Below, piece by piece: positions 39,671 through 53,785 of a stretch of DNA of 64,000 nucleotides. Positions within the stretch are counted from its first letter, which is position 1, and each line of letters starts with the position of its first letter. Below the pieces are notes generated by a model, which saw only the letters and a program-made list of their open reading frames with translations, made no database searches and had not been told where the DNA came from. A program made the position numbers and the translations under genes. Origin of the DNA: Eledone cirrhosa (taxonomy: Eukaryota); contig OZ024740.1 in the NCBI GenBank assembly GCA_964016885.1, positions 64,480,001 through 64,544,000 of the forward strand. Reading direction: 5' to 3'.

Positions 39671-40914
39671 CAGTTTAGTAGTCAGTTACAAATATTAAGC
39701 TCTAAGAAAATACTTCTGAGCATTACATTATAGTTTTAAAAATAATAAAAAAAAATATATGATCAACACTACTGTGTTTTTTTTGGAAAATGACAATAAT
39801 TTTTTAGTCAGATAGAAATACCTTAATTCAAGTACATATAGTCCGTCTGTATCGATCTAGAGAATATTAAATATTAAATCTATACTTACAGACGTAAAAT
39901 GGCAACTGCCTGGTGCCTAGACAAGTTTAAATTTCAAAATTCAAACCTTTTCAGCAGATCGGGCGGAACTTCAAAACGTAAACCTGTTTCACAAGGGATG
40001 TTATACTAATGAAATAATTAATTAATTACGGAACAACTATTTATAAAATAATTATTAGTAAAGCAATCAATTTTATGTGATCTTCGGTAGGCACCCAGAA
40101 ATTAAAATCACTTCTCCTAAGATAATATCTTAAGACTGATCTGTCGCAAGCCTAATACATGTGCTTTTGCACACGACCTTCTCAGCATTCTGGCTCATAT
40201 CCATGGCGCTAGAAATAGCAGCCGTGAATATGTGATTATGAATTCAGCTCACCGTAGGAGCAGTTTAATTTCAGTTTAGTAGTCAGTTACAAATATTAAG
40301 CTCTAAGAAAATACTTCTGAGCATTACATTATAGTTTTAAAAATAATTAAAAAAAATATATGATCAACACTACTGTGTTTTTTTTGCAAAATGACAATCA
40401 TTTTTTAGCCAGATAGAAATACCTCATATTCACGGCTGCTATTTCTAGCGCCATGGATATGAGCCAGAATGCTGAGAAGGTCGTGTGCAAAAGCACAGGC
40501 TTGCGACAGATCAGTCTTAAGATATTATCTTAGGAGAAGTGATTTTAATTTCTGGGTGCCTACCGAAGATCACAGAAAATTGATTGCTTTACTAATAATT
40601 ATTTTATAAATAGTTGTTCCGTAATTAATTAATTATTTCATTAGTATAACATCCCTTGTGAAACAGGTTTACGTTTTGAAGTTCCGCCCGATCTGCTGAA
40701 AAGGTTTGAATTTTGAAATTTAAACTTGTCTAGGCACCAGGCAGTTGCCATTTTACGTCTGTAAGTATAGATTTAATATTTAATATTCTCTAGATCGATA
40801 CAGACAGACTATATGTACTTGAATTAAGGTATTTCTATCTGGCTAAAAAATTATTGTCATTTTGCAAAAAAAACACAGTAGTGTTGATCATATATTTTTT
40901 AAATTATTTTTAAA

Positions 40915-40920
<6 letters not shown>
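39668..40920. mobile_element. Non-coding element with 601-bp unit: partial tandem plus long inverted arm, in (TA)n
   Basis: 39668 recurs at 40269; 40425-40920 is the reverse complement of ~39728-40232. Confidence 0.8.
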
Positions 40921-40957
<37 letters not shown>

Positions 40958-41034
40958 TAAGTATTGAAGTTTACGTTGAAAATTGAAAAAGTCATAGGAA
41001 TGAAGAGTGCTATATGTAAGTTACAGAGCTAAAT

Positions 41035-41240
41035 ATTTAATGTATAATAAACAATACAGTATAATTACCTTATTACCAGCGGTTTCCCGAATAACGAGAA
41101 TGAGGAGATTTTTCAAATATTTCACTATGATTTAAATTGCCTTGTCTGATGAACGAATGCGGACGTTTCTTGTATTCGTCTTATTAGGGAAACCTCTGGC
41201 AATGATGTAATTATACTGTATTGTTTATTATACATTAAAT
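41035..41240. repeat. Foldback/MITE-like palindrome (~205 bp)
   Basis: Perfect 34-bp arms 41035-41068 / 41207-41240 extending imperfectly inward. Confidence 0.8.
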
Positions 41241-41248
41241 TTATATAT

Positions 41249-41900
41249 ATGGAAAAAATGAAATTTCATTTCTCACTCTTAGTACGGCTGATACTTAAAT
41301 ATAAGTATGCATACGTACATACATACATATATATACAGACGTACAGTAGTATGTATATACATACATACATGCACACACATATATATATGTACGTATGGGT
41401 TTACCGAACATTTATTATAATGTTCGGTTTGTTTGTAAACAAACATCCCGAATTATTAGCCGTACAGTGTTCGGCAACCATCGTTGTCATTTTGTTCAAC
41501 ACTGACAAAGGAACGATGAACTAGTTTATAGCTTATTAGTTGTCATCAGCACCGTATACCTTCCTGTCAGTTGATTGAACGTTTGAAAGTATATACTTTC
41601 CTTATGCATATTAACGGCTGAGCAGCCTAATTTGCATAGCGAGTGAGTTAGTCGGCCGGGCGTACCAAAAACGATAAATGGAAAAAATGAAATTTCATTT
41701 CTCACTCTTAGTACGGCTGATACTTAAATATAAGTATGTATACGTACATACATATATGTATACATACGTACAGTAGTATGTATATACATACATACATGCA
41801 CACACATATATATATGTACGTATGGGTTACCGAACATTTATTATAATGCTCGGTTTGTTTTTAAACAAACAGCCTGAATTATTAGCCGTACAGTGTTCGG
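41249..41900 (-). mobile_element. Family B second locus (429-bp monomer, ~1.5 copies); hammerhead 41513-41555 with GAAA changed to TAAA
   Basis: ATGGAAAAAATG at 41249 and 41678; minus strand acggtg CTGATGA caactaataagcta TAAA ctag TT catcgt; ATTTGCAT at 41630-41637; perfect palindrome GAAAGTATATACTTTC at 41585-41600. Confidence 0.8.
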
Positions 41901-42459
41901 ATATGGATATATCGAAGTAGGTGTTTAAAATAACATGCTATTTAAACAGTAAAACATTAACTGAATAAGTACTCTATGCTTATAAGAGAAATTCGGCAAT
42001 AACTCCGAAGTTTGTGATTTGTTGCATCATCTAATTGACAGCGAATGTATATTCGTTTCTGGTGTACTCTATTTTAAAATGATGTTTACCTTTAATTCCA
42101 ACATTCTTCATGACAAGTCAGTTGTCAGCTAGATAAAGTAAGGCAAAATTCAAAGACCTACTCGGCGATTTCATAAATACCGTGGATATATTTATGGCTG
42201 AGTGGTTAAGAAGTCGGTTTTGTAGTAATTAATTACAAGGTTCGATTCCACTGAATAGATTCTTAGGTATTTTTACCAGAACTTCGAGTGGAGTGAAACC
42301 TTACAAGCAAAATTGAATATACGTAAAATGTATGGAAAACTTCCGAAAGAAATGTGACGATAAATTAAAGGTCCTTTGTCATTACATTCTATGATTCTGC
42401 CTAATAATTTCATTAAGAGTATATTTACTTATAGAATATTCAACAAGCTGCAAGTAGCA

Positions 42460-42517
<58 letters not shown>

Positions 42518-43126
42518 GAATGCGAATCTCGATAATTTATGTTTGTATTATTCTCCAGACTCTAGCTATTGACCAGTTAATTTTCTTGATTTTATAGTTG
42601 ATTCTATTGACTGATGAATAGCTTATGTTAATTTTAACCCTTCTGTTGAGAACTCTATTCGATTTGTGATGTTTTTGCATTCTTGCAAAAATATACACAA
42701 CTGAATTCATTCGCCTGATGTAGGGTTACATCCCTTGCCGATCCCCACGTGGGGTCAGCAATAGTCATTCCTTGTATTAACATTGAACTAAAACCTGTTG
42801 AGAAAGTGGCTTCCTTGTTCAATCATCTTACCAGAAGCCTGACATTATTTATGTAAACGGACGGTACTTGATTTAGGAGCGGCAGAAACCCATAAACTGG
42901 ATTTTACCAACCTTCCAGGGGTCCGGGTAAATTTTCAATACCCGAATTACTTGATCGTTTTTTTTTTTTTGGCTATGCGAATGATTGTTTAACCATCGTC
43001 TCAGTGTGTTTGGCCTTTAACGTTTGTTATAGCTCTGGTTCATCTGAATCATTGAGCACTTGCCGCACATGTCGGAGGTTGTTTTTCGTTATTTCGTGGG
43101 CCGAAATGCGAATCTCGATAATTTAT

Positions 43127-43130
<4 letters not shown>
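42518..43130 (+). repeat. ~586-bp unit with ~28-bp terminal redundancy; degenerate hammerhead-like motif at 42709-42762
   Basis: AATGCGAATCTCGATAATTTATGTTT at both ends; homologue at 7939-8503; CTGATGTA ggg ttacat ccc ... ccccacgtgggg TC. Confidence 0.65.
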
Positions 43131-43193
<63 letters not shown>

Positions 43194-43194
<1 letters not shown>

Positions 43195-43700
43195 TAAGGC
43201 GGGTAAAATTCCCGAGATCCATGGACGAGTTCTCTCCAGCGGTCTTTGTCCCTCATTATCGCTGCCATGTCCTGCGCTTCCAACAGACCAGTGCTTGTCC
43301 TTAGGGCATCAACATACGTTAACCTTGGTCTTCCTCTTCTAGTGTGTCCATGTAGGGGCTCCCACAGGAGAACTGAGTGCAATGTCAACTCTGGAGCAAA
43401 GATTGGGAATACGGAAGATGATGTGGTTGAGAGGAAGAGCAAAGCCTGGCCGCGTGCCACAGCTTGAGATCGGTCGGGAAGTCAGACCTTCGTAAAGACC
43501 TGAAAATCCGCCTCTTCATTGCTGTAGTGGAGTCTGTGCTGCTGTATGGGTCTGAGACTTGGACACTGACCAAGAAACTCACTCAGATGGTGGATGGGTG
43601 CTACACGAGAATGCTGAGGATGGCTCTGAACATTAATCAGTATAGACTGAGGATGAAAAGCTCAGAGCTGTATGGGAGCATCCCAAAGGTCAGCTCAAAA

Positions 43701-43702
<2 letters not shown>
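43194..43702. mobile_element. RTE-like LINE 3' insertion with inverted 5' segment
   Basis: 43194-~43395 minus: VLLWEPLHGHTRRGRPRLTYVD...WRELV; ~43390-43702 plus: KIRLFIAVVESVLLYGSETWTLT...CYTRMLRMALNI; (TA)n both sides. Confidence 0.85.
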
Positions 43703-43735
<33 letters not shown>

Positions 43736-43793
43736 GTGTGTGTGTGTAAAAGGTAAACATAAATAACAACACAATTGGTACAGTATATGGAAG

Positions 43794-43843
<50 letters not shown>

Positions 43844-43958
43844 TGGGAGAGGAAATGGTATATATTTTATCTGGTGATTCTATAGACATATTTTATGATA
43901 TATAGCTCTGATTATTTAATTTATTAACTTTTCATTGAGCCACAAAGTGACCCGTTAC

Positions 43959-44010
<52 letters not shown>

Positions 44011-44584
44011 TATATATATATATCTATGTAAACCTTTATATGTAATAATCTCCCGTTAGGTTGAAATACAATTTTGGCTGTATTGTGATGCGCTTTCTAG
44101 CAAAAAGCCACCAGCCGTAAGCAACTAACCACATTCCTTCTAACCTCACCACTGCTACGTCACGATTCTTAGCCATTTTTGAATGTATTCTTGGCGCGAT
44201 CACTTTGGATAATTTATTGTCTAAATTTGAGCTAACTTCCTGAAGAGTGCGGTGCTCTAGGTGTCCGAAGCTTACGGATATCTTAAAATGCGGACGAAAC
44301 CATGGTAGAGGTAACTAAATATGTCCACTTTTCTCCTAGTTTATTTTACACCTAATTCTGTTTAATTGACTGTATATCTGGGCGATTCATACACGCTGTC
44401 GAAAAACTCGATAAATATTCCGTCGCAGCCGACCGAAGGGCTGATTTCGGTTATTTGTCGGAGATTTCTTCATAGAAGCCTTTATTCTTATAGCTTGGTC
44501 TAATCGATTTTTATATGGTTAATTATGCTAATTGGGAGAGGAAATGGTATATATTTTATCTGGTGATTCTATAGACATGTTTTA

Positions 44585-44670
<86 letters not shown>

Positions 44671-44671
44671 G

Positions 44672-44754
<83 letters not shown>

Positions 44755-47700
44755 AAAAATAAACAGAAATGACAAAGTAAATGACAAAGTACATTGTTGA
44801 AGAAATGTATTAGTTTAACGCTTGAAATATTAGGAAAAGAGTCTTAACGTTTCGGGCACTAGTTCTTCATCACAAGATAGATTTAGAAATAAAAGATTAA
44901 AGGGGAAGGAACAGACAACCACTTCATCCCTCCATACAACACATTATCACTTTGCAGGGTTAAGAGGAATAATGATACGACATCGTAGAGGCATGCCTAT
45001 GTGATAGGTGAAATCAGTTAAAATATAAAACATTAGTGTTACCGTATAGATATGTATATCATTTCTCTGGGGAAATGTCATGAAATAATCTCTGAGGGGC
45101 TTGCCAGATGTTTCAGGAAAATATTGTATTTCTTACATTTTATAGATGAATTCAGGATAAATGTTTTTTATATGTTGTTTGCATAATATGTATTGTTGTT
45201 ATGTTGCAACAGCTTCGTCTCATTTTGTTTTAAACAATATTATCATCTAACATGACATTTAGTTCTAAGGCGCCAGATCTATTTCTAGAAAAACTCATCA
45301 TATAATTGCTGCTGGCGATTCATAGTTATTACCATACCTAGCTATTTACTTTAGGATATGTATAGCTCCTCTAAGAAGGCTACATGAATTATTTACGAAA
45401 ATTTCACTATAGATTCTGTGGACATGTTTACCATAAACATTCCAATTTTTTCGCAAAACAGTGAGTGCATAGATACAGTGAGCAAATTATAATTATCTCC
45501 ATAATATGTAGCCGAATAACAGTTACAACAAAAACCTGATTTATAAATTGGATGAAAAAATCATGTGTTTATATGCTACAAGGTAAAGAAAAATTGTAAC
45601 ATCTATAACTAATTTAGGTACGAATTCTTCTGATCGAAGTGTTTCAACATGTTCAGATTTACAATATGAAGATGGAAAAATATTTCTCATCAAATATTAG
45701 GACAATAGGTATGAATAATGAACTTAGTTTTATGGTAGCGTGAAATCTTATCAGTTACTTTGTTACACCATAGTCATAGTAATGGGGCGTGGTTTTAAAA
45801 TAAAACAAAACATACAGATTTTAAATAGAATACAGATATTTAAGCTCTAAAAAAATATGAAAACTGTAGATGGATGTCATATGTGAAAAAATGTCGCATA
45901 ACGGATTGCAGAGGCAGCTAATAACATATCAGTTGTTATAGTATAGAATATGTGTATGGTATTAGCATAGAGTAACGGGAATATATGTAAAGTTGCAATA
46001 CATTTTGAGGGAATATTTGATAAGTAATGCAATTATGCTCAAAATATTTACGAAGATCATATACACTTATTGGTGTTAGTCCAAAGCATAATTTGTCATT
46101 TAAAGGACAGCAAAATATTATCGGTGGCCTCTGTTTAATTGTATCGATGCTGGTTAGTTGCAGAATATAGATTTCGTTGATATAGCGCATATTGTTCTTT
46201 TTACCCCCAAAAAATAATTGGAAAGGAATTTGAGATCGCTAAAAATGGATACGTTAGCAACAAATAATTATCATTCAGGTACATAAGGGATCTTGAGTGT
46301 GATTACAGACTTTTATAATATTTTAGCTGTTAGTGTTTTTACAATACAGTTAGTTACCCATATATAATTTACTTCTAAACATTTGAGTTTCTCGTTTACT
46401 GGTAAAAATGAGTTTTAATATTTAAATGGTCAAGAAAGATAGGCACTAACTAGAATCAATCTAAGCTAAGAATCAACAGAAGAGAAGAAATGTGTTCCAC
46501 ACAAGTTCAGATATCTTGGTTTGCATACCAATGTAGCGCCAAGTGTGAGCTACTACCTCAAAAGCACTGCGAAGATTTAGACCGACTTTAATCTAACTTC
46601 AAAAAAGGATATATCACACATATAAAATATATAGCATATACAATATATATAATCGAATGAAACAGAATACTACAAATTCTGCCCTTAAAAAATAGTTATT
46701 TGCTGCATATATTATTTCCCTACCCAGTCTTATATATGCAATTATATATATATTTATAATTACACAGATAAAGGCTAATTATATATTTTATTGCCATGTA
46801 AAAGAAATAGAAATCGAACATTTTAAATTTATAATGTGATATAATATTAACTTTGTTAAAACGATGATAATATTATACACATATATTCGAAATTGTGGTT
46901 ATGTCTCTGTCATAACTACATAGCGAATATGAAAATATATGACCAGTACAAGATATAAGAATTGACATCAACTCGCCTTCCTTTATCATATCGTATTTAT
47001 ATTTTATATCTTCGTATAATATATTATATATTATATCTTCATTATATCTTAAAAGATCAAAATAGTATATTATGTAGTCCAAACCTTTTGTAGGCACAAT
47101 TGAAATTAATTAAAGGAACATTTGAAATTAATTTGCATAAACTATCTCAATTTTTCAAACGCTATTGTAAATACAGACACACACATCCTGTAATTCATTT
47201 ATCCACAATATTCACTATCTCTCTCTAGGTTTAGCATATCATGTTAATGGTTATCATTTTCTCAATCTAGAATGGATGTCGAGGTCCACAACATTGATCT
47301 TTCAAAATAAAGGAACATAAATGTATTGAAGTATGAAAATATGTAATTCTTAAGAAATTTAATTCCGTATCGTATTCTGTGGATACTATATACCATATTA
47401 CTGACATGAAACAAGTTGCATGAGTAAACAAAGAAAATATCCCTTTTCATGTGAAGCAAGTTTATTATTGGATGCATATTTATAACTATAAGGGAAAATA
47501 ATTAGAATTAACTAATTCACAAAATTTATTCTTCCATTTAATTGGTTATTACAGAAAAAACGTTTATCTTTCGCTTGTTAATGCATCTGAATATCATTTG
47601 CAGCTGTTGCCGAAGTCGAACCTGTAATTTCCTAAGCTGTACACCGAACATACGGTGTTAGTCAATGACGACAAGCAGTGAATAGATTTATGCTGATGAG

Positions 47701-48414
47701 ATCTCAAAGTGACTAATGAGGAATATATTAACAAACCTGAAAGAATAGGCAAAGCTATTAAATTGATACCGCAGTGTTTCAAGTGCTTATTTTCAGATCA
47801 ATGATTCTGAAATCATTAATAACAGAATACGATTTTAAACATCCAAAAACTTTAATATTATAGAGAGATTTACATTACTAAAATGAAAACTAAAATCAAA
47901 ACATTACAACGAAAACAATCAAATAAGACAAAAATATACTAAAACTCTAACAGAACACATTTATAGATATTTATTGAAAGAGTCTCAAATATTTAATAGT
48001 ACAGATATTACATTTCCAGTATTTATTGTTTTGAAATAGAAACTAATCAGTAATTTTAATAAATGTCCATTCACTATAACTGGTCGTTGAAGTTTCTGAA
48101 TCCATATTATTAATCTGTGAACATTACCACCATCTTCATGTTAGCAATAGTGTTGTATGCAAAATATATATCAAGATAATATCTTAATTATTTCGCTGCT
48201 GTCAAGTTGAGGTTTGGATGTGTCTCGTCTATTGCTGAATGTGTTGATTGTATGCAATTCACAATTGAACCAAACAGCATAACGATTTCAGAATAATTTT
48301 ATCTTATTTTGAGAACGACATTAACGAAACCTAAAATAAAAAATATGAAGCATGCTACATGAAATATTGTAGTAATATATATATATAATAATATATATAT
48401 ATATATAATAAAGA

Positions 48415-48890
48415 AAAAATAGGATTTCGCTTCAAGCATAGCTTTATACAATATGTATAAATATTTCGTATCTCCAAGGAAATACGGTTTTAGGAAGCCG
48501 TAGCTATGCAACACCGGGGGGCTAACGCCCTCTGGTGATGTCCTGCAGAAGCAAGGGGGACAACCGTCTCTGCATTTCAGGCTTAACTGGCCTTCGCTAG
48601 GACGGTCCCTCCCACCGCGACCCAACTTATGCAACTTCATATGCAAATGAGATTAATCACCTCATTTACACAGACGAGAAAACTATATTTTCTCCCCTGT
48701 CTTCTAGTCCTGCAGTCGCAAGCGGTGGGAGGGACCGTCTTGTCGAAGGCCAGTTAAGCCTGAAATGCATAGACGGTTGTCTCCCTTGTTTCTGCTGGAC
48801 ATCACCAGAGGGCGTTAGCTCCCCCGGTGTTTGCATAGCTACGGCTTCCTACAACCGTATTTCCTTGGTGATACGAAATATTTATACATA
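48415..48890. mobile_element. Family C second locus as inverted pair; octamer at 48641-48648; both hammerhead copies mutated
   Basis: ~48453-48618 is the reverse complement of ~48722-48890; plus arm accgtc TTGTCGA aggc cagttaa gcct GAAA tgca TA gacggt at 48734-48777. Confidence 0.82.
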
Positions 48891-50892
48891 TATATATATA
48901 TATATATGCATTACAAAATAAAGTAAATGGATATCCATCGGTTTCAACGAAGGTTGTTCTGAAAAGCTAATTCGTTAAGTTAATTGTATATTCCAGAGAC
49001 ACATATCCTTAACAACTCTTTCAGGGAGATTTTGCGTGACATTGTGTGACACGACTGGTCCTCTAAATTATGGATAAATTCCGTACAAGGAGATTCCAAA
49101 CAGTTTCCGGCTGTTTAATGTCATTCACAAGGCTTTCGTCAACCCGAAGCTATAAGAAACGAGAATTGCCGATGACCCCACGCATTGTGACTGAACGTAG
49201 AATCACATGATACGATGAAAACCTCTAAGCGATTTAGTCATGTATTTGTAAACACAATAGACGTATATTAAACCATATCGTTCCTCATACGGATTCGAGC
49301 TGTAACTTAATTCCTATAACGCAACAAACTGATGGAAGCTAAAATTATAAGTAGGTTCCACTTAATCACTGGGTCTTTCTCATTTATCTATTTTTTCGTT
49401 TTTATTTATTATTTGACCGCTATCAGTAATTGAACGACAACCAAACTAGAACATTCTCTTCATTGGCTTTATTCGATGATATCGAACCCAATAGATTTTA
49501 TCATCAGTTACGTTTTGTCAATTTGCATTCATTGCATCTGTAATTTCCATTTGGTCTGAGGCGTGATACTCCTAGACACAGTTCATATTAGAAATGGCAT
49601 CCATAAACATACACAATCTTCGACCACTTTCTACAACCCTGTTTATCATTTTAGTCTTTTTCCTCTTTGTCTTTCTTAATTAATTTTATGTCAAGCGTAA
49701 AAACTATGTACAATATTATAATTTTTTATCGAATGGCTATTATCGTAAACAATGATTTTGCAATAATTATAGAGTATTAATTTGCAAGTTAATAATATCT
49801 TTGATACGGAAATATCATATATTGCTTATAATTCTAACGTCTGACTTATCACCTATTTATCCACCTTCCTTATTCTCTTTCACACACATGCAGACAACCC
49901 CTATACACACACAAACACATCATATATCTATGCATTATATATATATATATACGTGTATCGATGTTAATTGCATCGGATAGACTAGCGGTCTATTCATATT
50001 TAGGGACTATTCGTCACTTAGTATCAAATAAATAGAACGAGTGGCCTAGAAAATGAAATATAAACATTACAAAGATTATCGGAATAAAGCAAATTGGCTT
50101 CTCATAACTATTCATCAGATACTTGCCACTTGCTCTACGGCAGTCGTCACGAACGTTTGAAGAATATTGAACGTCAATAGTTTGTTAGAAAGTATAGAGT
50201 ATATTGATAAATGGCTGAGAGTTGAAATATTTCTGATGTTAACTTTCAGACAAGCTGACTCGATAAAATTAATACCAGTATTGCATTAGAAAAGCAATGA
50301 ATTGGTAGATTTCGTAGAATATTGGATACAATACTTCCATTTTTCGTACGATCTTTCTACACTTTGAGTTCAAATCATGGTGAGGTCAACGTATTCGTCC
50401 CACTCTTTAGATTGAGATAAATTCAATACCACTTCAGTACTGAGGTCAATTCCTCCTCTGAATCTCTTTCTGACTTCCCTCCTGTCCTAACTGTTTTTAC
50501 TCTCTTTCTCTAGCAGAAATCCGCTCTGTTCAGACTTAGAGAGGAATAGGCTCCACCGGTTTTAAAATGCTCTTACGACACCACACACACACACATATAA
50601 TGTATAAGAGGGGATAAGACAGATATAAATCTACACTCTCGAAAGTTGACAACTGTGTAACCTTTTGCTACTCAGTCGCGGGTTTTTGAAAGTCGGCGAA
50701 GAAGGAGAAGAAAATGAGAGAGAGAGGGGGGGGAGATATAGAGAGATAGAGAGAGTATGTGTGTTGGGGTGGTGAGTGAGAGATAAGTGAGAAACAATAA
50801 ATAAGTTCTAGAAACAGTGAAACCGTTTCACTTGACCTTCACACTTAGCTGCCAAAAATACACAGTGAGACGAAATATATATGGATATGGTG

Positions 50893-51819
<927 letters not shown>

Positions 51820-52485
51820 TATGTGAGTTTGTGAGTGTGTGTGTACGACTCCATATCTATATATATATGTCTGTGTTTCACAGAGAACGTCAATATTTCG
51901 AATCACGTTGTCAAATCTATGAGCTTAATGTTAAAGGAATTTAATATAAGATACATTACTTATACGATATTCTGCTACTAAATATAAAACACAAAGTCAC
52001 AATGATTTGCATTTATATTTACATAAAGAATCTTCAATTTATTCGGTAATTATATGGTGTAATTTGAGAGTGCAATCGGATTTTACGAGCATTTCCCTTT
52101 TTAGATATACTTTGCTACATTTAATTGCAATTATTTTAAGAATAATTCTATCTTGAATGGAAATTGAAAAGTCACACAGTTATTTGCCCCCTCTCTATCT
52201 ATCTATCTACATTCTGTTTCTCTCCCCCTATCTCTCCTACTATCTCTCTATACGAGGTTTGACTCTAAAGTAAGGGAACTGAGATTGTCTTCTATAAAGA
52301 AGTCGCAATCACCATCTGTTGACCCTGTGATAAATAGACGAAATTCCAAAGTAACAAGACCCATTTAATTAGCCTTAGTAAAAATGAATTCTTTTATATG
52401 TGTATATATATAGTTTAATACAGAAATAGCTTCTACGGGATTATGAGTACCTTACTAACTGTAGTTACCCCCGATTGAACATGGG

Positions 52486-52533
<48 letters not shown>

Positions 52534-53726
52534 ACACACACACACACAGGCACCCCCCCCCACACACACACACAAATGTTTCTCAAGCAGCTGGCTCGTG
52601 ATCTGGATTGGGACCCCAGACCAGACTTCACGTCTGCCTGATCCTTAGACCAGTATTAACACACCAAAAAGTCACAACAAATCTGTATAAATATATATGC
52701 TTAGAGAAAAATATAAAGTCTGTCAAAGCTCGAAAGCTCATCAGTTCATTACCGGTTTCACCGTCGTTAAGCAACTAAGCGTACATGATTTCCCTTCTAG
52801 TGCACGCCAGTCCATTGTAGAGTTAAATACTAGTACTCATTTTTAGCGAAGTGAATAGGGGCAACGTAAAATGAAGAGTTTTGCTTAAGAACACATCAGG
52901 AGAGGTTGTCCAGGACTGGAACGCACGATATTATAATCGTATGTCCAATACTTTAACTACACATCCATAAACACACATGCACACATGTATCTGCGTGTGT
53001 GTGTATGTCTGAATTATAATGAATCTATCATAATACATTTGATATATTGGTGTAAAGATTTTGGCAGCGATTTCAGTCTTTGCACTTCAAGGCGTCATAA
53101 AGCTATTCCCATATCATCTTCATCAACACCATCATTTCTACCATAACAACATCATATGATAACAAAATAATAACAACGGTTAAGGAAGCAAAGATAAAGA
53201 TAGTACTGATAATAAATGCAATAGCCGCTAACGTTGCCGTTGCGGCAACGATAGCAGCCGCGTTTATGAGTGTATGGAATAGATGGTGGCGGCTATATTG
53301 TAACCATTGTTGGTAGACTTATTGGCAACGGTAGTAGCGAATATTTCTGGTAGAGTGATCGGACATAAAACACATGCATCAAGATTTTAGGTCTTTTCAT
53401 AAAGGAAATATAGTTTTCTTACCGTCTTTTGTCTGAATGTAATGTATATTTTCTTCTCGTTGCATTACAACTTTATTGAAATAACAAGTGAATCAAAGAC
53501 ATTATATTACGTCTCCTCTTTTGCAACAGAAAACAAATTATAAATATTACTTAAAAAACAGCATACTAAGATTCCCATATCCCATAAAAATATAATTCCA
53601 TCTTTTTTAAAAGAATCTTATTGTGTATTTTTTAATAAAATGTATTGTCTTGCAAATTTTGCAACTTTTTCTATTGCTATATAATATACATACATACATA
53701 CATACATACATACATACATACATACA

Positions 53727-53785
<59 letters not shown>

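Noticed and set aside
44040-44530. Possible Tc1-like transposase N-terminal relic on minus strand
   Set aside because: Only weak similarity (RTLQEVSSNL...), no TIRs or catalytic motifs seen.
45000-50300. Host gene exons in the less repetitive AT-rich stretch
   Set aside because: No ORF with recognisable domain or convincing splice-bounded exon; small exons cannot be excluded without RNA-seq.
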